From Thermoplasmatota archaeon (GTDB lineage: Archaea; Thermoplasmatota; E2; JACPAO01; JAHFTW01), in NCBI GenBank assembly GCA_041601615.1, contig JBFIHX010000004.1, positions 171,754 through 235,753 of the forward strand: a stretch of DNA of 64,000 bases, written 5' to 3'. The notes under the pieces were generated by a model. It was not told the DNA's origin and did not search any database. It was given only the letters and a program-made list of their open reading frames with translations. Within the stretch, counting starts at the first letter, position 1; each line of letters begins with the position of its first letter. Below are positions 37,291-46,020 of the stretch, in pieces. A program made the position numbers and the translations under genes.

Positions 37291-37409
37291 AGCGCCGGCA
37301 CAGACGCGGGACTCAAAGGCTCGTCGCAACCATTCCACGGCCGTTTCGCGTCCAATTTCTGCCCAGGTCCCGCAAGCATCATAAACGCGACCCGAGTCGC
37401 GCGCCCCAT

Positions 37410-37571
37410 ATGAGCAAGGGCACTCCCTCCATGCGGGGTGGACACAAGACGCACATCCGCTGCCGCCGCTGCGGTCGCCACGCGTACCACCTCCAGAAGA
37501 AGCGCTGCGCTTCCTGCGGCTACGGCAAGACCGCCAAGCTGCGCTCCTACAACTGGGCCAAGCACCACTAG
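37410..37571 (+). CDS. rpl37e: 50S ribosomal protein L37e
   Basis: Manual translation [39 protein letters not shown]... (53 aa, below the ORF-track cutoff). Confidence 0.97.
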   Translation: MSKGTPSMRGGHKTHIRCRRCGRHAYHLQKKRCASCGYGKTAKLRSYNWAKHH

Positions 37572-37683
37572 GTGTGTTCTGGCACCCTTTCTTCCTCTTT
37601 TCCTAGCTTTGGCTTCGTTGTTTGGTGCCGGGGTTCCGTTCTGGCCGACGAACTTTTTCAACGATGAGCCATGGCACGTGTAC

Positions 37684-37765
37684 GCAGGAGTACCCGAGTG
37701 GCCAAAGGGGTTGGGTTTAGGACCCAATGGTTAGTCCTTCGCAGGTTCGAATCCTGCCTCCTGCA
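37684..37765 (+). tRNA. tRNA-Leu (TAG)
   Basis: GCAGGAG/CTCCTGC acceptor stem, TTGGG-TT-TAG-GA-CCCAA anticodon arm, long variable arm, GGTTCGAATCC T-loop. Confidence 0.95.
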
Positions 37766-37852
37766 TTCGATTCGTTTGGCCCGTAGCGTTGCTGTGGTGC
37801 GCTTTGTGGGTGGGTCGCTGGGCCAGCTTGGCTGTCGTGGAAGCCTGCGTGA

Positions 37853-38356
37853 TCAACCTTGGGCGCGTGCTGCTGCCTGACGGAGGTTGGTCCATGCGTG
37901 GAGGGGGACGTGGTAGCGTTGGTTTCCGTGGCCAGAGCGCACGAGCAGGTCCAGTTCCTCCATTTTTTGCAGGCAGGCACGGGCGCGGAACCTGGAGGTG
38001 TGGGTTTGTTCCATGACGACGGGCACGGTCACCTCGGGGCGTTGTCGCAGCAGTTCCAGGACTCGGGCAACGAGGGGCCGCCGCAGGGCGACGATGCGCT
38101 GCATTTCCCCATCGGTTCGGGGACTTGGGAAAACGGACGTGCAGCGACCATGGTGCAGGATTTGGACCATGCCTCGTTGCTGTAACCTGTCTAGGTGGTA
38201 GCCGACGGTGCCCCAGCCAAGATCGTGGAGCCGGACGAGTTCGGACTTGGTGATGCCTTCGTCGGCCCGGATGGTTTCCATGATCATTTGGCGGGTCGTG
38301 CAGGAGCCGCTGCTCGATGCGATCTTGTCGGTGTTTGGAAGTCGTTGCCCGGGCAT
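37853..38356 (-). CDS. Tandem winged-helix transcriptional regulator
   Basis: TRQMIMETIRADEG...GWGTVGYHL plus a second wHTH; paralog of 4376-4822. Confidence 0.82.
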   Translation of the reverse strand: MPGQRLPNTDKIASSSGSCTTRQMIMETIRADEGITKSELVRLHDLGWGTVGYHLDRLQQRGMVQILHHGRCTSVFPSPRTDGEMQRIVALRRPLVARVLELLRQRPEVTVPVVMEQTHTSRFRARACLQKMEELDLLVRSGHGNQRYHVPLHAWTNLRQAAARAQG

Positions 38357-38417
38357 GGTTGCCCAAACGGCCTTCCTGACCTAGATTTCTTTGGCCGCTG
38401 GTTCGAAATCAGCCGAT

Positions 38418-38696
38418 TTAGACGCGGTAGCAAGCCGAGATGGTGTAGCCCTTGTTCTGGCCTGTAGACGGGTCCTCGAAAGAGAAATAGAACGTTGGGG
38501 GCGGGGTTGGCGTGAATCCCACGGAGGGCGTTGGGTGGGAGTCATCCTCATCGACGCATGGGCCAATTTCGATGCGGAGGTCGAGTTGCGCCACCACCAC
38601 GACGGGAATTTCTGGCAGTGCTGCCGATGCTGCGGGAATCATCAAAAGGAGGGCAAGGCAGGAGAATCCCAAGGTCAGCGAATTTTTTCCTCGCAT
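38418..38696 (-). CDS. Small secreted two-Cys protein
   Basis: Signal peptide ending ASA; similar to 27606-27902. Confidence 0.7.
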   Translation of the reverse strand: MRGKNSLTLGFSCLALLLMIPAASAALPEIPVVVVAQLDLRIEIGPCVDEDDSHPTPSVGFTPTPPPTFYFSFEDPSTGQNKGYTISACYRV

Positions 38697-38757
38697 GCTG
38701 GGAGCATTGATTCCGTCCTATTTGACAACAACTAGGTTTTGTAAATTCCTAGCTAGG

Positions 38758-39579
38758 TCATCCCCTGTGACTGAAGGTTGCCCCGCCTTGTCCGTCGATG
38801 CTTATGGCGGTGGTGGCGGGTCCAAACAGTTGAGAAAGCACGCCGCCGTCGGCGCGGATCGCGGCAGGCACTGGGAGGTTGGCCAGCGTGGGGGAGTTGA
38901 TCACGAACTGGAGGGCGACTTCGGCTTGGGGGCCCGCTAGGAGCGTCGTCTCTTCGGTTAGAGACGTGTCGTAGGTTGGGTTGGCCCCCGTGTCACGCAG
39001 TTCGTAGGCTAGTCCGTCGGCTGTGATGAGAATGCCATCTGTGGTTGCTATGCGGTCGTTTTGGAAGGTGCCGGCCACCACCGGGACCCCTGCTGCTTCC
39101 AAGGCTTCCACGACTTCGGGCCAGTTGCTTGCAATCTCCAGCAGGTAGGTCACGTCGCCGTCGGTCTGGTTTTCGTCGCCTCGGACGGCCACGTAGGTGA
39201 TGTAGGTCCAGGCGCCCTTCTGGAGGCTCTCGTTGCCGAGGGTCATGGAGCGACAGTCGAGAAAGAGCAGGGTGAGTGCTACGGGGCCGTTTTGCACGAG
39301 TTCCAGGTGCGGGGGGAGGCGTGCTTGGACCGTATCGTGGGGAGCATGGGCGACGAAGAATGCCAACTGGCAGTCGATTGCTTCCAGGGTCTCTCCGTTC
39401 CAGATCCTCGCTTCAGGGTCTGTCTTCTGTGGCGGCTCGGATGGGTCCAAGTTGGGCGTGGCAGGGTTTGGCGTGGTGTTGTCCGGGGGGAGGAGTTCGT
39501 CGTTGCGGGCTTCGTCGGTTTCGAGGCAGCCGGCAAAGATGGCCAGAAGCAGAGTGGCTATGGGAATGGCTTGGTTCAT
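38758..39579 (-). CDS. Putative lipoprotein
   Basis: IFAGC lipobox; VQARLPPHLEL resembles the acetoacetate-decarboxylase-like fold motif. Confidence 0.78.
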   Translation of the reverse strand: MNQAIPIATLLLAIFAGCLETDEARNDELLPPDNTTPNPATPNLDPSEPPQKTDPEARIWNGETLEAIDCQLAFFVAHAPHDTVQARLPPHLELVQNGPVALTLLFLDCRSMTLGNESLQKGAWTYITYVAVRGDENQTDGDVTYLLEIASNWPEVVEALEAAGVPVVAGTFQNDRIATTDGILITADGLAYELRDTGANPTYDTSLTEETTLLAGPQAEVALQFVINSPTLANLPVPAAIRADGGVLSQLFGPATTAISIDGQGGATFSHRG

Positions 39580-41492
39580 GTGGATTCCTTCAGGGTGGGG
39601 GCGATGGCTTGGAGGGGTGGAGTGAGTCGGTATTGGTTGGGTGCTGCGGTCGGTTCGAGGATGGCGACGGCCACCAGCTCACGCAGGATGGCGCGTGCTT
39701 TGCGGCGGTTGCGGTGGTGTTGTTGCAGTTGGTCTAGGATGTGCGAACGGGCGAGGGTGCCTGAGCTGCATTGCTGGATGAGCGCGAGGGCGCCTTGTTG
39801 ACCTAGGTAGCGGCGGTATTGTTCGGCTTTGACGGCGGTGGGGTCAAGGTTGGCTTCGTAGACTTTGCACCCGTCTAACCATTTGTGGACCGCGGCGCCG
39901 GCGGCGCACAGTTTGCCAAGGTGGTAGCCTGCCTTGCCTTGCTGTAGGTCTGGTTCGGTGCCGCGGTCGCGGAGTCGTTTGCGCAGTTCTTGGAAGTCTG
40001 CGGGCCCGTCGTCGCGCAGTGCTTCGTATAGGGCGCGGCGCAGGGGGTGGCCGTGGGCGACGCTCAGGGCTTCGTCAGCGCGGACGGAGTCGGTTTCAGT
40101 GTCGGGCGCCCCGGAGAGTAGGGACGCGATGCCGGCGGTCAGGAAGGTGTGGCTGCCGCTGTTGAGCATGAGGGTGGCGGAGCGGGCGCTGGCGCCGGGG
40201 GGAATGTGCGTTTGTAGGACTTCGAATGCGTCGAGGACACGTAGGTGGTAGCGCAGCGTGCCTCGGGGTAGTCCGGTGATTCGAGACAGGTCGGCGGGGC
40301 GCACGGGTTGGTGTTCGTGGATGGCTTGGAGGATGCGGCGTCGACCTGGGCTGTCCAATTCGGCGCGAGCGATGGTGGGCGTGGAGCGGCCGAGGACAAA
40401 GGTGGTGAGTCCGCGCAGGATGCCGCTTCCAAGCAAGGCGAGGGCCGTGGCAAGCAATCCGAGGCCGACGATGGCCGTGGGGGATTGCCAGAATGGTTCG
40501 TTGTTTAATTCGACGCGTACGGCTTGGCCTTGGACGGACCAGTGGGTTTTCTGGGCTTGGAGTTTCGAGTGAATTTGCAGCGCTCCTTCGATTTCGAGTG
40601 TCTCGGGATCTTGTGTGGTGCGCGTGCCGTTGATGGCGACGGCGCCGACGATGCCCTGCCAGCGTGCGGTTCCGTCGAGGCCGCCGCGTACCTGGGTGGT
40701 GGCCAGGTTCCATCCGATTCCCGTGGTTGCGATGTCGGTTTGTCCGCCGGTGACAAGGAGCATCCAGTTGTTGTATACGTAGCGTCCAGTTCCGGTGATG
40801 GGGTCAATGATGCTCTGGGAAAGGTTGAGGCTTCGGCCGGCTTCTAGTGGCTGCTCGGCGCCGGGAAACCACACGGTCCCGGCCGGCACGAGTATGTTGG
40901 CCCTTGCGTTGGTGATGGTGGCATCGTGGACTCGAGCGTGGGTGTGGGGTTTGGGAAACCGGATGTCGGTGTCGAGGGCGTAGCCGAGGCCTTGGATTGT
41001 GGCGTTGGGTGGGGGTGTGATTGTGGAGGCGGCAGATGCGATGGTGGTCCAATCCTGGGTGGACTGTATGCGAAGCCTGTGGTCCTGTGGGAGCACGCGC
41101 AGCTCTTCATGGTCCCGGTCAAGTTCGATGAGGAGGTTTCCTGTCCAGGCCCGGTCGCGCGCAACGTCGGGTTCGCCGTACCCCGCGATGATGCCCATGT
41201 CCACACCGGGACCGCGAGCCATTGTGATGATGTGGGGTTGGTTGATCCATTGGATGCGCGAGCCTTCGAGGTGGAGCGCGATGGTCCCGTACCCGCCGTC
41301 TCTGGGCCGCAGTGAGGCTCCAACGGTTTCCCAGGATAGGTCGTGGGGGCCGCGCATGGTGGTGGCGCCGGAGGAATGGAATGCACCTGCGACTGGTTCT
41401 GCCACGGCGGAGCTTGCCGCAGAAAGGAGTAGGCTAACAAGGCAAGCCAGCAGAAGGGAAGTGTTTGGGTAGCGGCGACCGGTTCGGTGCAT
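39576..41492 (-). CDS. Membrane-anchored regulator: signal peptide, ectodomain, TM, three wHTH
   Basis: TM (AIVGLGLLATALALLG), then GRRRILQAI...RGTLRYHL, HPLRRALY...GKAGYHL and a third wHTH-like unit. Confidence 0.85.
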   Translation of the reverse strand: MHRTGRRYPNTSLLLACLVSLLLSAASSAVAEPVAGAFHSSGATTMRGPHDLSWETVGASLRPRDGGYGTIALHLEGSRIQWINQPHIITMARGPGVDMGIIAGYGEPDVARDRAWTGNLLIELDRDHEELRVLPQDHRLRIQSTQDWTTIASAASTITPPPNATIQGLGYALDTDIRFPKPHTHARVHDATITNARANILVPAGTVWFPGAEQPLEAGRSLNLSQSIIDPITGTGRYVYNNWMLLVTGGQTDIATTGIGWNLATTQVRGGLDGTARWQGIVGAVAINGTRTTQDPETLEIEGALQIHSKLQAQKTHWSVQGQAVRVELNNEPFWQSPTAIVGLGLLATALALLGSGILRGLTTFVLGRSTPTIARAELDSPGRRRILQAIHEHQPVRPADLSRITGLPRGTLRYHLRVLDAFEVLQTHIPPGASARSATLMLNSGSHTFLTAGIASLLSGAPDTETDSVRADEALSVAHGHPLRRALYEALRDDGPADFQELRKRLRDRGTEPDLQQGKAGYHLGKLCAAGAAVHKWLDGCKVYEANLDPTAVKAEQYRRYLGQQGALALIQQCSSGTLARSHILDQLQQHHRNRRKARAILRELVAVAILEPTAAPNQYRLTPPLQAIAPTLKEST

Positions 41493-41899
41493 GATGGGAC
41501 GCCCAGATTCGTTCTGGAAGGATTCGTAAGGGTTCTGGGCGTTTTGTAAGGTTTGTGGCCAGATGGGTCAAATTTTGTGGCATGCTTCCACGCGCCCGGG
41601 CTCGGGCGGAATCGGGGGGTCTAGCCAAGGGCAATCAAGAAATTCGAAGGGCCCGCGCCGCGACAAGAGGCATTTTGTGGGGGATTCTGTGCCATTGGCC
41701 ACCAGCTTGGCCCAAGCGGGGGGATGGAAAGAATGCGGAAGATGGGCGGAAGAGGGGTTGTTGTCTCCGGGGCAGCCGAAACGGCGCACGAAACGAATCC
41801 ACTAGCTACCAAGCATCGGGGGACCGGCGCACTCGGGCGATGCCCCGGCAAGGGGCTGCTCAATGGTGTGCCCCTCGCTCAGCATTTCAAGCCGAGGGG

Positions 41900-42178
41900 C
41901 TATTCTTGGCTGGGTTGGGCGTCAATCCAGTAGAAGGTCTGGCGCGTGTCTTGGAGGTTTACGCGTTCGCGCAGCAGCCCGGTCTCGCGAAGTCGTCGAA
42001 TGACTGTGTAGAGGGTGCGGCGGCCAAGGCCGGTTTGTTCTTGCATTCCCTTCATGGTGAGCGGGGCTCCTCGGCAAAGGGTTTCAAGCACGGCGCGGAC
42101 GGAGGGGGGTGCGTCAGGCACGATTTGTGCGGGGTCGCCGCAGGGTCGGTCTGTCATCAATAGGAACGTGGCGCTCAT
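41900..42178 (-). CDS. Small winged-helix regulator
   Basis: PPSVRAVLETL...GLGRRTLYTVIRRLRETGLL...DTRQTFY. Confidence 0.82.
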   Translation of the reverse strand: MSATFLLMTDRPCGDPAQIVPDAPPSVRAVLETLCRGAPLTMKGMQEQTGLGRRTLYTVIRRLRETGLLRERVNLQDTRQTFYWIDAQPSQE

Positions 42179-42196
42179 GCTTCTTCTCCTTTGCCC

Positions 42197-42649
42197 CTAT
42201 TTTGTTGAAATTTCCGGGACAACGAGGACGGGGACATGGCTGCGTTCGAGGAGGCTTTTAGCGATGCTTCCCAGGATAAATCGCTTGATGGCGCCCCATC
42301 CGTGGTGGCCGACAACGATGAGTGCGGCTTGTTTTTTGGTCGCCGTGTCCACGAGGAGTGTTGCGGGGTGGGCTTCTTCGTGCACGACTTCGACTTGGAG
42401 GCCTTCTTCGCGCAGGGATCGCGCCCAGTCGTTGCTGAGTTGCATGACGTCGTTGACTTGCAGTTCGGCGAGCACTTTCTGAACAGCGTCGAGGTGTTCT
42501 TCACTGGCGGCCCAACCAAGTTGGGGTGCATTGTGGGCGTGGACGAGGATGAGGGAGGCTTCGAGGTCGTGGGCGAGGCGAGCAGCAGCTTCGAGCGCAC
42601 GGCGGCTTGCGGGGCTAAAGTCGATGCCGACGACGATGGGCTGGGACAC
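42197..42649 (-). CDS. Universal stress protein
   Basis: IVVGIDFSPAS, LIVVGHHG, ILGSIA, VPVLVVP. Confidence 0.93.
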   Translation of the reverse strand: MSQPIVVGIDFSPASRRALEAAARLAHDLEASLILVHAHNAPQLGWAASEEHLDAVQKVLAELQVNDVMQLSNDWARSLREEGLQVEVVHEEAHPATLLVDTATKKQAALIVVGHHGWGAIKRFILGSIAKSLLERSHVPVLVVPEISTK

Positions 42650-42771
42650 GGCGCGAGGATTGTGGTGGTGGGCAAGGGTGTTGCTGCGAATTGCGGCGGG
42701 TTGCAGCGGACTGCGGCGATTCGTGGCAGGTCGTAGGTTTGGACCGTTGCCAAGCAGGAGGGATTCCGGCG

Positions 42772-43824
42772 TCAGCGCATCCGGACGGTGGGCATCACGA
42801 GAGATTCCTTTCCCATGGGCAGCACCATGACGAATGCGGTCTTGGCACCGTCTGGGCGCACATGCAGGCGGCCTCCGTGCAGGCCCACGATGCCGTGTGC
42901 AATGAAGAGCTCCAGGCCGAGGCCAGCAGTCTCCTCGTCGGGCAGGAACAAGGGATCCGTGAAGACCCGGTAGACGCGATCGTCGTTGACGCCGCCCACG
43001 AACCGAATCATGAGGCGGGCTTGTCGCCCTTCGTCTTCGAGCCGAATCTCCACTGGTTCCGTCCCCTCGTGTTGTTGCAGGGCAAAGTGGATAATTTGCT
43101 GGAAGGCATACCCGAGGTGGTTCTCGTCTGCTAGGGCCTTGGCGTGCTTTGATCGTAGCTCCACTTGGGGTGCTTCGGCGACCATACCCTTGGCACCTGC
43201 GACGGCATCCTCCAGCAAATCATGCAGATTCGTAGGAGCGCGATGCAGCTCGAGGCGACCGGATTGAATGAACGCAGCGAGCAGGACCTGATCCACCAGG
43301 GTGCCGAGGCGAGTCAGGTTGCGTTGGACTCGTTCCAAGGAGGCCGATTGTCGCTCGTTGAGAGGCCCGTAGCTTTGACGCTCCAGCAAATCAAGCTGGA
43401 TGCGAATGGGCGTCATGGGCGTGTTCAATTCGTGCGCGACGTGGTTGATGAAGCCCGATTTCATGCGGTCAATTTCTTCCAACTCGCCGTAGTATGCGTC
43501 GAGTTTCACGGCCTCGGTGCCCCAGCGCTGCATGACCCATACGCAAGTGACGAGGCTGCCGGCCCAAAGGATGAACACTGGCAAGACGACGGGCCCGGCG
43601 TTTTCGGGGTCAGCATTGAGATAAAAAGTACTCACGAGGGCAACACCCGCGAGCGTCAAGACCCAACCAATGACGGTGAGCAACACGAGGATGCCCGGCG
43701 CGGTGTGGCGCAGTCCCTTGTAGAAGGTGGAGGCGCGCCAGAGTGTGAACAAGCTGACGAGCACCAGCCCGGGCCACCCCACGTACAAGATGACGAGACG
43801 CAGGCCGTCCCAGGCTTCCACCAT
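42772..43824 (-). CDS. Membrane sensor histidine kinase with degenerate ATPase domain
   Basis: 3 TM, H-box AHELNTPMT, C-terminal GLGL..AHGIVGLHGG. Confidence 0.85.
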   Translation of the reverse strand: MVEAWDGLRLVILYVGWPGLVLVSLFTLWRASTFYKGLRHTAPGILVLLTVIGWVLTLAGVALVSTFYLNADPENAGPVVLPVFILWAGSLVTCVWVMQRWGTEAVKLDAYYGELEEIDRMKSGFINHVAHELNTPMTPIRIQLDLLERQSYGPLNERQSASLERVQRNLTRLGTLVDQVLLAAFIQSGRLELHRAPTNLHDLLEDAVAGAKGMVAEAPQVELRSKHAKALADENHLGYAFQQIIHFALQQHEGTEPVEIRLEDEGRQARLMIRFVGGVNDDRVYRVFTDPLFLPDEETAGLGLELFIAHGIVGLHGGRLHVRPDGAKTAFVMVLPMGKESLVMPTVRMR

Positions 43825-43893
43825 CGTCAGGCACTGGGGTCTGATCCAATTTAAGTCGAACCGTCGGAAAACGAATTGCCTGAATTGTTGCGG

Positions 43894-44739
43894 TCAGCCC
43901 GACAGGAGGCGGACGGCGTTGTCGTGCAAAATGCGAGCTTCCGCCTCGGCGCCAAGTCCTAGCTCCAAAAATGCCTCGACGTTGGCGGCAAGCCCCGGCA
44001 CGCGAGGCCCTGGCCAGTCGCTGCCCCAAAGAACGCGCTCGGAAATGGCGCGCAAGTCGCCAAAGTAGTCTCCAAGGCGGCTGGGTGGGCATCCGGACAG
44101 GTCCAGCCAGGTGTTTGGATGCGCTGCAAGCACGGCCAGGGCGGCGTCGGTTTGGTCTGGGCGGCCGCCGTGTGCGATGACGAGGGGAAGCTTCGGGTGG
44201 GCGCTGGCGACGCGAGCGAGCACGGAAGGGTCCGAAAATTCATTGCGAGCACCGGGGAACACGCTCGGCCCGGTGTGCACCAACACCGGCATCCGCAGCG
44301 TCTCGGCGCGGGCATAGAACGAGTCTAGGCTTGGGTCGTCAGCGGAAATTCCCTGATGAACGGGGTGGATTTTCAGTGCCCGCACGCCTCCTTGTCGCAT
44401 CGAATCCACCGCCGCAGCACCATCGCCTTCGGTGGTTGGGTCGAAGCCGCCGACCGACACAAGCCGCTCTGCGTTTGTCGCGCAAAAGTCCCAGACTGCC
44501 TCTGCCTCGGCCCGTCCATAGCCCATGGTCTTTGGCGCGTTGTAGGTGATGATCCATGCTTGCCAAATGCCCTCTGCGTCCATGTAGCGAAGAAACGCCT
44601 CAGGGTCGGCTGCCAAGGCGCCAAGGCTCTGGAATGCGGGGTGGCGGCCAAGCAACTCCACCAATTCCGGCTTCATGCCCGCGGTGCGCGGCAAGTGGAC
44701 GTGGGCATCGACGACGGGCAGGCCATGGCGCCAGGACAC
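43894..44739 (-). CDS. Amidohydrolase_2 family metallohydrolase
   Basis: DAHVH, LKIHP, VHTG, AHGG, WGSDWP. Confidence 0.9.
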   Translation of the reverse strand: MSWRHGLPVVDAHVHLPRTAGMKPELVELLGRHPAFQSLGALAADPEAFLRYMDAEGIWQAWIITYNAPKTMGYGRAEAEAVWDFCATNAERLVSVGGFDPTTEGDGAAAVDSMRQGGVRALKIHPVHQGISADDPSLDSFYARAETLRMPVLVHTGPSVFPGARNEFSDPSVLARVASAHPKLPLVIAHGGRPDQTDAALAVLAAHPNTWLDLSGCPPSRLGDYFGDLRAISERVLWGSDWPGPRVPGLAANVEAFLELGLGAEAEARILHDNAVRLLSG

Positions 44740-44811
44740 GCACCGCCACCACCGGGCTTGCGTTTGGCTGCATCGGAACCGTCATGCACAGGCCACGGCT
44801 CGCCCCATCGA

Positions 44812-46020
44812 ATGGAGGCGCTGCACAGCCGCGTTTGCCAGGTGGAAGCGGCTCCGGCCTTGGAGGAACTTGCCGCCGCAGCACATCCTCGTGCCTTCCT
44901 GGACGACGGTAGTGTGGTTGTGTCCTCCGGGTGTGTAGCGCTCATCACAGCCGAAGGACCCAAAAGGTTCCGTACCGCTCGCGAATGTGCGGAGGCGTTG
45001 TTTCGTGGCGCCCGGCGAACGGGGGATGCTCCTGCCGGCGTCGGCCCGCGCTTGGTGGGCGGATTTGGCTTCGAAGATACGTCCTTGGCAGGTCCTTGGA
45101 GCGGCTTTGGTGCGCTGCGGTTTTGGCTGCCGGCCCGACAGTTGCACTACACTCCTGACGGCGTGTTCGAGGTCATCAACGAAGTCCCAGGCGACGCGCA
45201 CCCTGCCCCTGGTGTCCTTCTGGAGGGCGCTGAACCATCGAGCCTCGACGTGGCAGGCTGGGACGAGGCGGTTCGACAAGTCCTCCGCATCATCGGCGAC
45301 GGCGAGGTCAGCAAGGTCGTCCTGTCGCGCAGCCGCAAAGCCCTAGCCGCAGACCCTGTGCAAGCGCTTGCGGCCCTGCGCCGCGTAGAACCGGAAGCAA
45401 CACACTTTCTCTTCGACATAGGCTCCGCCGCGTTCTTCGGGGCCACCCCGGAACGACTCGTGGTGCGCGAAAACGACACGGTAACCACCCATGCCCTTGC
45501 AGGCTCCGCGCCCCCCGGCAAGGACGCTGGAGAAGCACTTCGTCAAAGCCCCAAGGACATCCTCGAACACGAACTCGTCACCACCTACATCCGCGGCCGC
45601 CTCGAAGGCCTCGGCGCCGAGGACGTGCACCAGGAACGCCGCCGCATCCAGGCACTTCGCAACGTGCAACACTTGGAGACACCCATTTCCGGTCGCACCG
45701 ATCGGCACATCCTGGATCTGGCCGCGACCCTGCACCCGACACCCGCCGTGTGCGGCCTGCCGCCCCGCGCCAGCCTCGCGTGGATCCAGAAACTTGAACC
45801 CAGCCGCCGAGGTTGGTACACGGGCGCCATCGGTTGGTTCGACGCCCAAGGACACGGACGCTTGCATGTGGCGCTGCGCTGCGCCCTCTCCACGGCCGAT
45901 GCCACATGGCTGCACGCGGGCGCCGGCATCGTCAGCGACTCCGACCCACGCCTCGAGTGGGAAGAAACCGAGCACAAACTGCGCAGCATCGAGGCAGCAC
46001 TTGCGGAAGTGACCCCGTGA
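44812..46020 (+). CDS. menF: Isochorismate synthase
   Basis: KVVLSR, GATPERLV, ALAGS, LHPTPAVCG, GAGIV. Confidence 0.93.
   Translation: MEALHSRVCQVEAAPALEELAAAAHPRAFLDDGSVVVSSGCVALITAEGPKRFRTARECAEALFRGARRTGDAPAGVGPRLVGGFGFEDTSLAGPWSGFGALRFWLPARQLHYTPDGVFEVINEVPGDAHPAPGVLLEGAEPSSLDVAGWDEAVRQVLRIIGDGEVSKVVLSRSRKALAADPVQALAALRRVEPEATHFLFDIGSAAFFGATPERLVVRENDTVTTHALAGSAPPGKDAGEALRQSPKDILEHELVTTYIRGRLEGLGAEDVHQERRRIQALRNVQHLETPISGRTDRHILDLAATLHPTPAVCGLPPRASLAWIQKLEPSRRGWYTGAIGWFDAQGHGRLHVALRCALSTADATWLHAGAGIVSDSDPRLEWEETEHKLRSIEAALAEVTP

Noticed and set aside
37745-42770. Module 3 as an island integrated at tRNA-Leu
   Set aside because: No integrase and no convincing duplicate of the tRNA 3' end was found.
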